NCBI GenBank assembly: GCA_934660865.1
Contig: CAKUIA010000012.1
Span: forward strand, 1-32,000
Source of the DNA: an uncultured Opitutales bacterium
GTDB lineage: Bacteria > Verrucomicrobiota > Verrucomicrobiia > Opitutales > Intestinicryptomonadaceae
Direction: 5' to 3'
DNA: 32,000 nt
In this document: positions 1-8,105 of the stretch, in pieces
How the letters are laid out: every line of letters begins with the position of its first letter
How positions within the stretch are numbered: the first letter of the stretch is position 1
Position numbers and translations under genes: made by a program
Notes under the pieces: model-generated
The model's database searches: none
Seen by the model: only the letters and a program-made list of their open reading frames with translations
Told to the model about the DNA's origin: nothing

Positions 1-713
1 ATAAATACAACCGACAATGCGTTTATTATGGCGGGGGCTCCGTGTTTCATCATACTAAACACCTTAACGGGCAATGTTGTGCTGCCGGGGCCTCCCACAA
101 AAAACGTTATAACAAAGTCGTCCATCGAAAGGGTAAAGGCCATCATTGCCCCCGCCATAATGCCCGGCAGCAAAAGCGGGAGGGTAATCTTGCGCAAAAT
201 CCTGAAGTTCGAAGCCCCCAAATCCTGCGCGGCCTGGATAAGCGAAAAGTCGAAATCCTGCAATCGGGCAAGCACCGTAAATGTTACATAGCTTACGCAA
301 AAGGTTACGTGCGCAATTATAACCGTAACAATGCCAAGCGAAAAGCCCATATTTACAAAAAGCAGCAGCAAGCTTATGCCCATAAGAATGTCGGGCACAA
401 CCAGCGGCGCATATATCAAAGAGTAGTGGAAGTTCTGAAACTTGCCCTTGTATTTGTTTAAAACCCACGCCGCCAGCGTGCCCAATACTGTCGAAATTAC
501 CGTTGCAACCAGCGCTATTATAAGGGTGTTTATCGAAGCGTCTATAACCGACTGGTCTTTAAACAAAGCCTCGTACCACTTAAGCGAAAAACCCTTCCAC
601 GGCCCGCCGAAGCGCGACGCGTTAAACGACTGCGCAACCAAAGCCACTATGGGCAGGTACATAAACGCCAAAACGAACAGCGCAATAAAAAGGGATGTAT
701 AGCGGTTTTTCAT
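1..713 (-). CDS. potC: ABC transporter permease, spermidine/putrescine type (PotC-like); 3' end runs off the left window edge
   Basis: Absent from the ORF track because no stop is reached. My own minus-strand translation from ATG 713..711 gives MKNRYTSLFIALFVLAFMYLPIVALVAQSF... It contains the ABC-permease EAA loop IQAAQDLGASNFRILRKITLPLLLPGI. The start overlaps the potB stop in an ATGA junction (710-713). Confidence 0.8.
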   Translation of the reverse strand, partial: MKNRYTSLFIALFVLAFMYLPIVALVAQSFNASRFGGPWKGFSLKWYEALFKDQSVIDASINTLIIALVATVISTVLGTLAAWVLNKYKGKFQNFHYSLIYAPLVVPDILMGISLLLLFVNMGFSLGIVTVIIAHVTFCVSYVTFTVLARLQDFDFSLIQAAQDLGASNFRILRKITLPLLLPGIMAGAMMAFTLSMDDFVITFFVGGPGSTTLPVKVFSMMKHGAPAIINALSVVF

Positions 714-1597
714 TTCTTTGCAACCGTTCCCGAAGCGGAACGCCCCTTAAACAACCCTTTCATTACACCGCCTTGGCGCACAAGCACAAGCAGCACGGGA
801 ATTGTAATTATAAGCCACAATATGCCCGACAATGCCGCGGCCTCGGGCAGATTTCTGGCGGTGGAAACCCTGTAGGCGATTTTGTTGCCCAGCATTTCCG
901 AATTTACGCCGCCTACCAAATCGGGAATTGCATACGAGCCCAATGCGGGAATTAAAACCACCAAAACCGCGGTTAAAACGCCCCTCTTTATGCCAGGCAA
1001 AAATATCTTTACAAAAGCCCCGAAGCGCGAGGCGCCCAAGTCTCTTGCCGCCTCTAAAAGCGAAAAGTCGAACTTTTCGGCCGCGGCATATACTGGCAAA
1101 ATCGCAAAGGGCAGACAGGTATATACCGTAACGATTATAACCGCCGTTATGTTGTTAAGCAAAAACACGTTGTCGGAAATAAGGCCGAGTTTAAGCAAAC
1201 ACCACCTAAGCCAGCCTTCGGGCTGCAAAACCATTCGCCACGCGAAAATCCTTATAAGGAAGTTTGTCCAAAGCGGTATTATTATGAAAAGCAGATACCA
1301 GTTTCGGTATTTGGGTTTTTGCTGGGCAATCCAGTAGCCGACGGGTATTGCAAGCAAAAGGCATATAAGCGTTACAACCAAGCTTACCCAAATTGTGCGC
1401 CACAAAACCACAACATAGTCGGCGCGCACCACGTTCGATATTGTTTGAAGAGTCCAATAGTCGGAAATTCCGCCGTAGGCGTCGGCAACCTTAAAGGCTA
1501 TTGCAAAAACCAAAAGGCTGGGCACAACAAAAAACACAAGCAACCACAAAACAGACGGCCCCGTCAATAAAACTTCGGTCAACTTTTTTTTGCCCAT
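710..1597 (-). CDS. potB: ABC transporter permease, spermidine/putrescine type (PotB-like)
   Basis: ORF 710..1705, trimmed to ATG at 1597 (MGKKKLTEVLLTGPSVLWLLVFF...), which lies just downstream of the potA stop (1633). It has multiple TM segments and the EAA loop LEAARDLGASRFGAFVKIFLPGIKRG. Confidence 0.85.
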   Translation of the reverse strand: MGKKKLTEVLLTGPSVLWLLVFFVVPSLLVFAIAFKVADAYGGISDYWTLQTISNVVRADYVVVLWRTIWVSLVVTLICLLLAIPVGYWIAQQKPKYRNWYLLFIIIPLWTNFLIRIFAWRMVLQPEGWLRWCLLKLGLISDNVFLLNNITAVIIVTVYTCLPFAILPVYAAAEKFDFSLLEAARDLGASRFGAFVKIFLPGIKRGVLTAVLVVLIPALGSYAIPDLVGGVNSEMLGNKIAYRVSTARNLPEAAALSGILWLIITIPVLLVLVRQGGVMKGLFKGRSASGTVAKK

Positions 1598-1632
1598 TGC
1601 TTTAGAAAGGCCTGCCGTTAAGTTTGCCACCG

Positions 1633-2739
1633 CTAATAGTCCTCTGTGTTGGGAAGCGTTGCAACGTCGTCGCGGTGCCACGCAATCCAAATCTTGTCGC
1701 CCCAAGTGGGCTGTTTCATGTCCAGATAGCAGCGGTTGTGCTGCCTCATAACGCTAACGCGAAAATCGTTTACCATTACCCAGTATTTGGTGTAGGCGCC
1801 CTGGTATACAACATCTACAACCTCGGCCTGGACGGCGTTTAAGTCTTCCGAAACGTCGGGCTTGTGGTCGTATATTCTGAATTTTTCGGGGCGTATGCTT
1901 ACTATTACCGAGTCGCCCACCGAAAGGTTGCGGTCGTCGAAAGACGAGAACACGCCGAGGCCCTTTAGGTCTACAATCTTGTACTGCTCGTCTATGCGCT
2001 GCGAAATTTTGCCCTCGAAGAAGTTTGTGTCGCCTATAAAGGAGGCCACAAATTTTGTTTTTGGGCTTTCGTAGATTTCGGCGGGAGTGCCTATCTGCTC
2101 TATGCGCCCGCCGTTCATAACGGCAATGCGGTCGGAAAGGCTCATCGCCTCGTTTTGGTCGTGAGTTACGTATATAAAGGTAACGCCTACTTCGTCGTGA
2201 ATGCGGTCTAGCTCAAGCAGCATGTGCTGGCGAAGCTTTAAGTCTAATGCCGCCAAAGGCTCGTCCAACAAAAGCAGCTTGGGGCTGTTAATCAAAGCCC
2301 TTGCAATGGAAATTCTCTGTTTTTGGCCGCCCGAAATTGTGGAGGGCATTCTGTCGGAAAGGTCTTTAAGCCTTATTATTTCCAACATTTTTTCGACCTT
2401 GCGCACAACCTCGCTTTCGGGAATGCCCGCGGTTCTCGGGCCGAATGCTATGTTGTCGAATACCGTCATGTGGGGGAAAAGCGCGTAGTTTTGGAAAACC
2501 GTATTTATTTTGCGCTTGTTCGGCGGAAGGTCGGTTATGTCTTTGCCGTCCAGAAAAATCCTGCCGTTATCGGGTTCCTCGAAGCCGCCCGCCATTCTGA
2601 GAATGGTGGTTTTGCCGCACCCGCTGGGCCCCAACAAGGAAAATACTTCGCCGCATTTTACGTCTATGCTTACGCCTTTTACAACGTGGTTTGCGCCAAA
2701 ATATTTGTCGATATTTTCAAGCCTGAAAAAAGATCCCAT
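1633..2739 (-). CDS. potA: Spermidine/putrescine import ATP-binding protein (ABC ATPase with C-terminal TOBE-like domain)
   Basis: Walker A GPSGCGKTT, signature ISGGQKQRISIARAL, Walker B LLLLDEP and the PotA-like ALDLKLR motif. Also TVFQNYALFPHMTVFDNIAFG. It sits first in a potA-potB-potC order. Confidence 0.88.
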   Translation of the reverse strand: MGSFFRLENIDKYFGANHVVKGVSIDVKCGEVFSLLGPSGCGKTTILRMAGGFEEPDNGRIFLDGKDITDLPPNKRKINTVFQNYALFPHMTVFDNIAFGPRTAGIPESEVVRKVEKMLEIIRLKDLSDRMPSTISGGQKQRISIARALINSPKLLLLDEPLAALDLKLRQHMLLELDRIHDEVGVTFIYVTHDQNEAMSLSDRIAVMNGGRIEQIGTPAEIYESPKTKFVASFIGDTNFFEGKISQRIDEQYKIVDLKGLGVFSSFDDRNLSVGDSVIVSIRPEKFRIYDHKPDVSEDLNAVQAEVVDVVYQGAYTKYWVMVNDFRVSVMRQHNRCYLDMKQPTWGDKIWIAWHRDDVATLPNTEDY

Positions 2740-2772
2740 TTCTTATAAAACAAGAAGAACGATAAGAATATA

Positions 2773-2822
2773 TTTTTTTCCGTTTTTAAAGCTTTTTTTT
2801 GCCCTTTTTTAAAAAAATTTTT
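2773..2822. promoter_or_regulatory. Helically phased T-tracts (A-tracts on the potA coding strand), a candidate bent-DNA or UP-like element upstream of potA
   Basis: T7 at 2773-2779, T5 at 2783-2787, T8 at 2793-2800, T6 at 2805-2810, then A7 at 2811-2817 and T5 at 2818-2822. Tract starts are spaced 10, 10 and 12 bp. The block lies 34-83 bp upstream of the potA ATG (2739). Confidence 0.35.
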
Positions 2823-2882
2823 CGGGGACTTTCCCCGTCGGGTTTTAGGCCGCGTTTTCGCGGCAAAGCGCCGCGCGTTTTT
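2823..2882. terminator. Cluster of short GC-rich hairpins just downstream of the ATP-grasp gene stop; candidate terminator or insulator
   Basis: Hairpin CGGGGA-ctt-TCCCCG (2823-2837). Then GCCGCG (2849-2854), CGCGGC (2859-2864) and GCCGCG (2870-2875) can form two mutually exclusive 6-bp stems. The last is followed by cgTTTTT (2876-2882) on the + strand. Confidence 0.35.
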
Positions 2883-2890
2883 GCCCTGTT

Positions 2891-3835
2891 TTAGCGGGCC
2901 AAAACGCAGTCGTCGAAGCGCGAAAAAAGCATATTTTCCCTGAAGGAATCGGCTATGCAAACGTCTTTGCCCTTTGCAATGTCGATTAAATGCCGCGGCA
3001 AATCCAAACCCGCATATACGCTCATGGGAGCCCCGCCGCCGAAACGCGCGTTTATTTCGGTAAAATATATTCCGCTTTCGTTCTTTATGCACTGAAGGGT
3101 AATTACCCCGAAAAATCTGAGTTTTTTTGCAATGTCTTTTACGGCGCTTTCTATTTGCGCGTCTTTAACGGTAAGCCCCTTTAAAACCTCGCCCGCGCGC
3201 ACACTTAGGCGCCGCCTTGCGCCCATCGCCTTGAAGTTGCCGTTAAAATCGCAAAGCATATCCACCGTATATTCCTCGCCCGAAACAAACTCCTGCACAA
3301 TGCAGTCTTTTACGTACTCCCTAAAAAACGAATACTGCTCGTAGTTGTTTGCCTTAAACGCGTTTACGGACGAGCTGCCCGCCCTCGGCTTTATGAACAT
3401 CGGGTATTTTAGCCCCAAGCTGCCGCAGATGTCCGACGAAACCATTTTCGGACACTTTATATTGTTTTGCTCGAAAAAGGCTTGCGTTTTTACCTTGTCG
3501 GCGCAAATGCGCACGGTCTTAGGCGGCGAAACGCTTACGCGGCAATTCGCCTCGTCTAAAAAGCGTCGGACGTTGGCGGCAAGAATCTCAAGCTCGGTAT
3601 CTATTGTGGGCACTAAAAGCCCCACATTTTCGGCCCTGCAGATGTCCAAAAGCTGCTCTATGTAGTTTCCGGAATCTATGCGCCCTACAACAAAGGGCTT
3701 GTCGCAAAACTTTAAAGCCGGCGCCGAATCTGAACAGTCGGCGCAAAAAACGCGGCCGTTGTCGGCAGCCTGCGCCCTTTTAAAAAGCCTTACTAGCTCT
3801 ACCCTTCTGCCTGCACTTGTAATCAATACGTTCAT
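2891..3835 (-). CDS. ATP-grasp domain carboxylate-amine ligase, the type found in polysaccharide and capsule modification loci
   Basis: ORF 2891..3886, trimmed to ATG 3835 (MNVLITSAGRRVELVRLFKRA...). ATP-grasp motifs: MFIKPRAGSSSVNAFK, IVQEFVSGEEYTVD and FTEINARFGGG. Confidence 0.75.
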   Translation of the reverse strand: MNVLITSAGRRVELVRLFKRAQAADNGRVFCADCSDSAPALKFCDKPFVVGRIDSGNYIEQLLDICRAENVGLLVPTIDTELEILAANVRRFLDEANCRVSVSPPKTVRICADKVKTQAFFEQNNIKCPKMVSSDICGSLGLKYPMFIKPRAGSSSVNAFKANNYEQYSFFREYVKDCIVQEFVSGEEYTVDMLCDFNGNFKAMGARRRLSVRAGEVLKGLTVKDAQIESAVKDIAKKLRFFGVITLQCIKNESGIYFTEINARFGGGAPMSVYAGLDLPRHLIDIAKGKDVCIADSFRENMLFSRFDDCVLAR

Positions 3836-3927
3836 AAGCGAAAATCTCTGCCAACTTTTGTACGCAAAAGCGAATATTGCAAGCATTTTAAGCGCAGCGG
3901 AACATACAGGGCAAAAACGCTGTCGAA

Positions 3928-4776
3928 GTGTATATTATGCAAAATCGTGACAAAAACGGCTTTTTGGAATACGCGGCGGCCTTAGCTCTTGTGTTGGCCG
4001 TTGTGCCGATTTTCGCCGAGCTTGTAAAAGCCTCGCTTGCGATTTCGCAGTTAAAAGACAGCGCCGTTATGGCACTGTTTTGCACGGCGCTCGTTTTTAT
4101 CGAATACAGGGCGTCTTTGCGCAAAAGCCCCGCATTCGGCAAAGACGCGCTTATACTTATGGCAAGCGCCTATGTTCTTTTCTTTTGCGCAAAAATTACG
4201 CCTTTGGCGGCGTTGGCCGCGGCCGTTTTCGCCTTCGGGGCAATGCTTGCATTGTTTTTGCCAAAAGACGACATAAAAATAGCCTATTGCGTTGTGGCGG
4301 CATTTTCGGCATACTGCGTTTTGCTTTTCTTTTCGGGCTTTGCGGATTTGCCGCTTAGGCTTTTTGCCGCGGCGGGCGTGGAAAAACTAATGGCTCTTTT
4401 TTCGATAGACTGCACGCCGTATATACTAAAGGGCGCAAGCCCCGTTGTAGTGCTGAACTTGCCGGACTACGGCAAGTTTACGGTGGCAACGCAGTGCAAC
4501 GGGCTTTCGGCAATCTCGTCGGCTGCAATACTTGCCATATTTGCGGCGTTTCTTTCAAAGCGCGGGCGGCTGTTTACGGTTTTGTATGTGCCCTTTTGCG
4601 CCGCGCTTGCATACTTTGCAAACTGCGTTAGAATTTGCATTGTAATTTTGCTAAAGCCGCATTTTGCGAACTACAATGCCATGCACGACATTGTAGGGTA
4701 CTGCACGCTAACGCTTCTTTTGCTGTGCGTGTGGGCACTCGGCAAAATATTGGCAAAAAGGCAAATAATGGCTTGA
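3928..4776 (+). CDS. Exosortase/archaeosortase-family polytopic membrane protein (putative transpeptidase)
   Basis: 282 aa with roughly 8 hydrophobic segments. The family triad is in canonical order and spacing. Cys190 is in FTVATQCNGLS (TGC 4495-4497). Arg235 is in YFANCVRI (AGA 4630-4632). His253 is in MHDIVGY (CAC 4684-4686). The start is GTG 3928 or ATG 3937. Confidence 0.6.
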   Translation: MYIMQNRDKNGFLEYAAALALVLAVVPIFAELVKASLAISQLKDSAVMALFCTALVFIEYRASLRKSPAFGKDALILMASAYVLFFCAKITPLAALAAAVFAFGAMLALFLPKDDIKIAYCVVAAFSAYCVLLFFSGFADLPLRLFAAAGVEKLMALFSIDCTPYILKGASPVVVLNLPDYGKFTVATQCNGLSAISSAAILAIFAAFLSKRGRLFTVLYVPFCAALAYFANCVRICIVILLKPHFANYNAMHDIVGYCTLTLLLLCVWALGKILAKRQIMA

Positions 4777-4808
4777 TTTACACGAACAATAAATGGAATA
4801 CTACCGCC

Positions 4809-6242
4809 ATGGCGAAAACAACCCCCGAATTTCTTGCCGAGCTTGGAAAGCTCGTTAAAAAGTCGCTAATTAAAACCGACAAAGAATCGCTTTTTAAAGC
4901 CTCGTACGACAACACAAAACGCTCGTTTTTGCCCGACGCAGTAGTGTTTGTAAAAGACGCCGAAGAAGTCGGAAAAATACTAAAGCTTGCAAACAAATAC
5001 AGGGTGCCGATAACGCCCAGGGGAGCGGGCACGGGCTGCAGCGGCGGGGCGCTGCCCTATTTTGGCGGCGTTGTTTTAGACTTTTCAAAATTCGACAAAA
5101 TAACGATAGACCCCCTTACAAAAACGGCAACCGTGCAAAGCGGAGCGATAAACTGGAACGTAAACGAGCGGGCAAAAAAATTCGGGCTGTTCTATCCGCC
5201 CGACCCGTCCTCTACAAAATATTCCACAATAGGCGGCAACATTGCCTGCAACGCCGGGGGCCTGCGCGCCTGCAAATACGGAACTACGCGCGACAACCTT
5301 ATGTCGGCCGAGGGCTACCTGCCCAACGGCGACTTTGTAAAATTCGGGCTGCCCCTTAAAAAATTCAGCACCGGCTACAATTTAAAAGACCTGCTTTTGT
5401 GCTCGGAGGGCACTTTGGCGGTTATAACAAAGGCAACACTAAAGCTGAAAGACCTGCCAAAAGAAAAGCTTGCCTGCCTAAGCTTTTTCGAATCCGACGA
5501 AACGGCATTTAAGTGCATAGAAAGAATTTTAACAAGCCCGCTAAATCCCTCGATATTCGAATTTATGGACGCCGAAAGCGTCTCGGCAGCCGACATCTAC
5601 GAGGGCAAAAAGGTTTTCGACACGAAACGGGCGGCAATTTTAATGGAGTTTGAGGGCGACAGCATTGCCGACATAAAAAAGTCTTTTGCCATTTTAAAGG
5701 GCATTGCAGGCTGCCAAAATTTTAGGTTTGCAAAAAACAAAGACGAATCGGAAAAACTTTGGCAACTTAGGCGCGACTGCAGCCAGGCGTCGTATATATA
5801 CGGCAACTTCAAGCTTAACCAAGACATTGTCCTTCCCGCAAATTCGGTTGCAAAATACTTTAAAAAATTCAAGGCAACCTGCAAAAAGGAGGGCTTTGCA
5901 AGCCCTACTTTCGGGCACGCGGGCGACGGCAACTACCACCTGCACATTATGTGCAACGCCGGCGATACTGCGCGCAAACGGCTGGCCAAAGAGCTTATGG
6001 ACCGCTTTATAGCCTACTGCGTAAAGCTCGGCGGAGCCGTTTCGGGCGAGCACGGACTGGGGCTTTTAAAGGCAAAATACCTGCCGATACAACATTCCCA
6101 AGCCGAAATAAAGGCAATGCAATCGCTTAAAAAGGCTTTCGACAAAAACAATATTTTAAACGCCCGAAAGGTTTTGGGGCCAAAAAAACTTTCGAATTGC
6201 GAGCCCATTATTGGCTTGAAATTGCCGTGGGAAAAAAGATAG
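4809..6242 (+). CDS. FAD-linked oxidase (GlcD / D-lactate dehydrogenase family)
   Basis: ORF 4635..6242, trimmed to ATG 4809 (MAKTTPEFLAELGKLVKK...), which lies after the upstream gene stop at 4776. It has the FAD_binding_4-type ITPRGAGTGCSGGALP motif and the C-terminal SGEHGLGLLKAKYL motif. Confidence 0.8.
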   Translation: MAKTTPEFLAELGKLVKKSLIKTDKESLFKASYDNTKRSFLPDAVVFVKDAEEVGKILKLANKYRVPITPRGAGTGCSGGALPYFGGVVLDFSKFDKITIDPLTKTATVQSGAINWNVNERAKKFGLFYPPDPSSTKYSTIGGNIACNAGGLRACKYGTTRDNLMSAEGYLPNGDFVKFGLPLKKFSTGYNLKDLLLCSEGTLAVITKATLKLKDLPKEKLACLSFFESDETAFKCIERILTSPLNPSIFEFMDAESVSAADIYEGKKVFDTKRAAILMEFEGDSIADIKKSFAILKGIAGCQNFRFAKNKDESEKLWQLRRDCSQASYIYGNFKLNQDIVLPANSVAKYFKKFKATCKKEGFASPTFGHAGDGNYHLHIMCNAGDTARKRLAKELMDRFIAYCVKLGGAVSGEHGLGLLKAKYLPIQHSQAEIKAMQSLKKAFDKNNILNARKVLGPKKLSNCEPIIGLKLPWEKR

Positions 6243-6274
6243 CATACAACCGAAAACAAAGAACAGCACTTGTT

Positions 6275-7225
6275 ATGGATATAAGCGTAGTAATTCCCGT
6301 ATACAACGAAGAAGGCAACCTCGAAGAGCTCTTTAAAAGACTTTGCGAATCTATGGACGCGATAGGGCGCAAATGGGAGGTTGTTTTTACCAACGACGGC
6401 AGCAAAGACCGTTCGGGCGAAATATTGCGCCGCTTTTATTCCGAGCGCCCCGACATTGTAAGGGTTATAGATTTTAACGGAAATTTCGGCCAGCACACCG
6501 CAATTATTGCGGCTTTCGAAAAATGCAGGGGCGACGTTATCGTAACCTTGGACGCCGACTTGCAAAACCCGCCCGAGGAAATACGAAAACTCATAGAAAA
6601 AACCGACCAGGGCTACGACGCCGTAGGCGGCTACCGCAAGGTTAGGGAAGATTCGGCTTTCAGAAAATATGCGTCGAGATGCGTAAACTTTGTGCGCGAA
6701 AAGATGACCGACATTAGAATGAAAGACCAAGGCTGCATGCTAAGGGCCTACAAGCGCCACATTGTAGAGGCGATTTTAAGGTGCGACGAACGCTCCACTT
6801 TCATTCCGGCATTGGCGTATAAATTCGCGTCGAACCCGACCGATGTCGAGGTAGACCACGCGGCCCGCAAATGCGGCGAATCGAAATACAGCATATACAA
6901 GCTTATAAGGCTTAATTTCGACCTTATAACGGGATTTACCACAATGCCCATACAGCTGTTTACGCTGTTCGGCTTTGCGTCGGCTTCGGGCAGCTTTTTG
7001 CTTGTTATAATTTTGCTTGCGCGCAGGTTCCTGCTGGGCAGCGAGGCCGAAGGCCTGTTTACGCTGTTTGCGATACTCTTCTTTTTAATAAGCATAGCCA
7101 TTATAGGCATAGGCATTTTGGGCGAATATGTAGGCCGCATATACCAGGTTGTGCAGGCGCGCCCCAAATACATTATAAGAGACTACCTTTGCGCCGACAA
7201 TACGTCGGCAACCCCCGAAAAATAG
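6275..7225 (+). CDS. arnC: Undecaprenyl-phosphate 4-deoxy-4-formamido-L-arabinose transferase-like GT2 (ArnC-type polyprenyl-phosphate glycosyltransferase)
   Basis: ORF 6197..7225, trimmed to ATG 6275 (MDISVVIPVYNEEGNLEELF). Long blocks match my memory of E. coli ArnC: TLDADLQNPPEEI, GCMLRAYKRHIV, ERSTFIP and GESKYS. There are two C-terminal TM helices ending GEYVGRIY. Confidence 0.8.
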   Translation: MDISVVIPVYNEEGNLEELFKRLCESMDAIGRKWEVVFTNDGSKDRSGEILRRFYSERPDIVRVIDFNGNFGQHTAIIAAFEKCRGDVIVTLDADLQNPPEEIRKLIEKTDQGYDAVGGYRKVREDSAFRKYASRCVNFVREKMTDIRMKDQGCMLRAYKRHIVEAILRCDERSTFIPALAYKFASNPTDVEVDHAARKCGESKYSIYKLIRLNFDLITGFTTMPIQLFTLFGFASASGSFLLVIILLARRFLLGSEAEGLFTLFAILFFLISIAIIGIGILGEYVGRIYQVVQARPKYIIRDYLCADNTSATPEK

Positions 7226-8086
7226 ATGAAAAAAAAGATTGTATTTTTCGGGTTTAGCGAAGTCGGGTACGACTGTTTAAAGCTTTTGCTGGAAAACCCG
7301 CTTTGCCAGGTTTGCGCCGTGTTTACCCACGACACAGACCCCCACGAAAAGCAGTGGTTTAAAACCTGCGAAGAGCTTGCAAAACAAAACAACATACCCG
7401 TATACAAACCCCTTTCGCTTAAAGACGGCGCCTACGACGACATCGTAAAAAACATAGCGCCCGATTTGATATTGTCGCTTTACTACCGCAATTTCATTCC
7501 CGAAAGCATATTCAGCCGGGCAAAGCTCGGCGCATACAACATGCACGGCTCGTATCTGCCAAGATACAGGGGGCGAGCCCCCTTAAACTGGTCTATAATA
7601 AACGGCGAAAGCTACTGCGGGGTGTCGCTGCACACAATAGAAAAAGGCTTCGACACGGGGCTTATTGCCGACCAAGAAAAGGTTTTTATAGGCCCCAACG
7701 AATATGTTGGCGATGTTGTAGGCCGCGTAGCCGACGCGGCTGTGCTTGTTTTAAAACGCACATTGCCCTCGCTTTTAGACGGCACCGTAAAGCTTACCCC
7801 CCAAGACGAAAGCCTTGCAACCTACTTCGGCAAAAGAAAGCCGGCCGACGGCCTTATAGATTTTAACAAGACGGCGCGCGAAGTTTTCAACCTTATAAGG
7901 GGAGTAAGCCGCCCGTTCCCGGGGGCGTTTACATATGTAGACGGCAAAAAGCTTGTTATATGGAAAGCCGAAATTACCGAAAAACACGGCGAAAATGCGG
8001 GCGTTTTAATTTCCGAAAACCCCTATGTTTTTGCCTGCAAAGACGCCGCCATTAAGGCGACCGATTTTGAATTTCAAACGGCTTAA
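7226..8086 (+). CDS. arnA: Stand-alone formyltransferase resembling the N-terminal domain of ArnA (UDP-Ara4N formyltransferase)
   Basis: 286 aa with NMHGSYLPRYRGRAPLNWSIINGE, FTHDTDPHEK and PFPGAFTY, as in the ArnA and Fmt formyltransferase domains. No C-terminal dehydrogenase/decarboxylase domain is present. The ATG directly abuts the arnC TAG (7223-7225 | 7226). Confidence 0.75.
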   Translation: MKKKIVFFGFSEVGYDCLKLLLENPLCQVCAVFTHDTDPHEKQWFKTCEELAKQNNIPVYKPLSLKDGAYDDIVKNIAPDLILSLYYRNFIPESIFSRAKLGAYNMHGSYLPRYRGRAPLNWSIINGESYCGVSLHTIEKGFDTGLIADQEKVFIGPNEYVGDVVGRVADAAVLVLKRTLPSLLDGTVKLTPQDESLATYFGKRKPADGLIDFNKTAREVFNLIRGVSRPFPGAFTYVDGKKLVIWKAEITEKHGENAGVLISENPYVFACKDAAIKATDFEFQTA

Positions 8087-8105
8087 ACTTAATGGGCAGT
8101 TAAAT

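Noticed and set aside
2679-3092. 137-aa K/R-rich ORF on the minus strand spanning the potA / ATP-grasp intergenic region.
   Set aside because: It overlaps the 3' end of the ATP-grasp gene in another frame and the potA start, and it is read through poly-A/T tracts and hairpins. Its composition reflects the A/T runs rather than a real basic protein.
4635-4808. Upstream extensions offered by the ORF track: FAD oxidase from 4635, arnC from 6197, acnA to 30301, potB to 1705, ATP-grasp to 3886, amidohydrolase to 23686 and PP2C to 27120.
   Set aside because: The extensions overlap the preceding gene, encode non-conserved Cys/Arg/His-rich sequence, and precede an internal ATG that yields the canonical family N-terminus and a tidy junction with the neighbouring stop. 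Several use GTG or TTG. Only the PP2C and exosortase starts remain truly ambiguous.
7229-7236. A8 homopolymer at codons 2-4 of the formyltransferase, and a similar A8 at the potB start (1584-1591), considered as slipped-strand phase-variation tracts in envelope genes.
   Set aside because: They simply encode N-terminal Lys-Lys-Lys in a genome that prefers AAA codons. The tracts are short for efficient slippage, and equivalent runs occur in housekeeping contexts.
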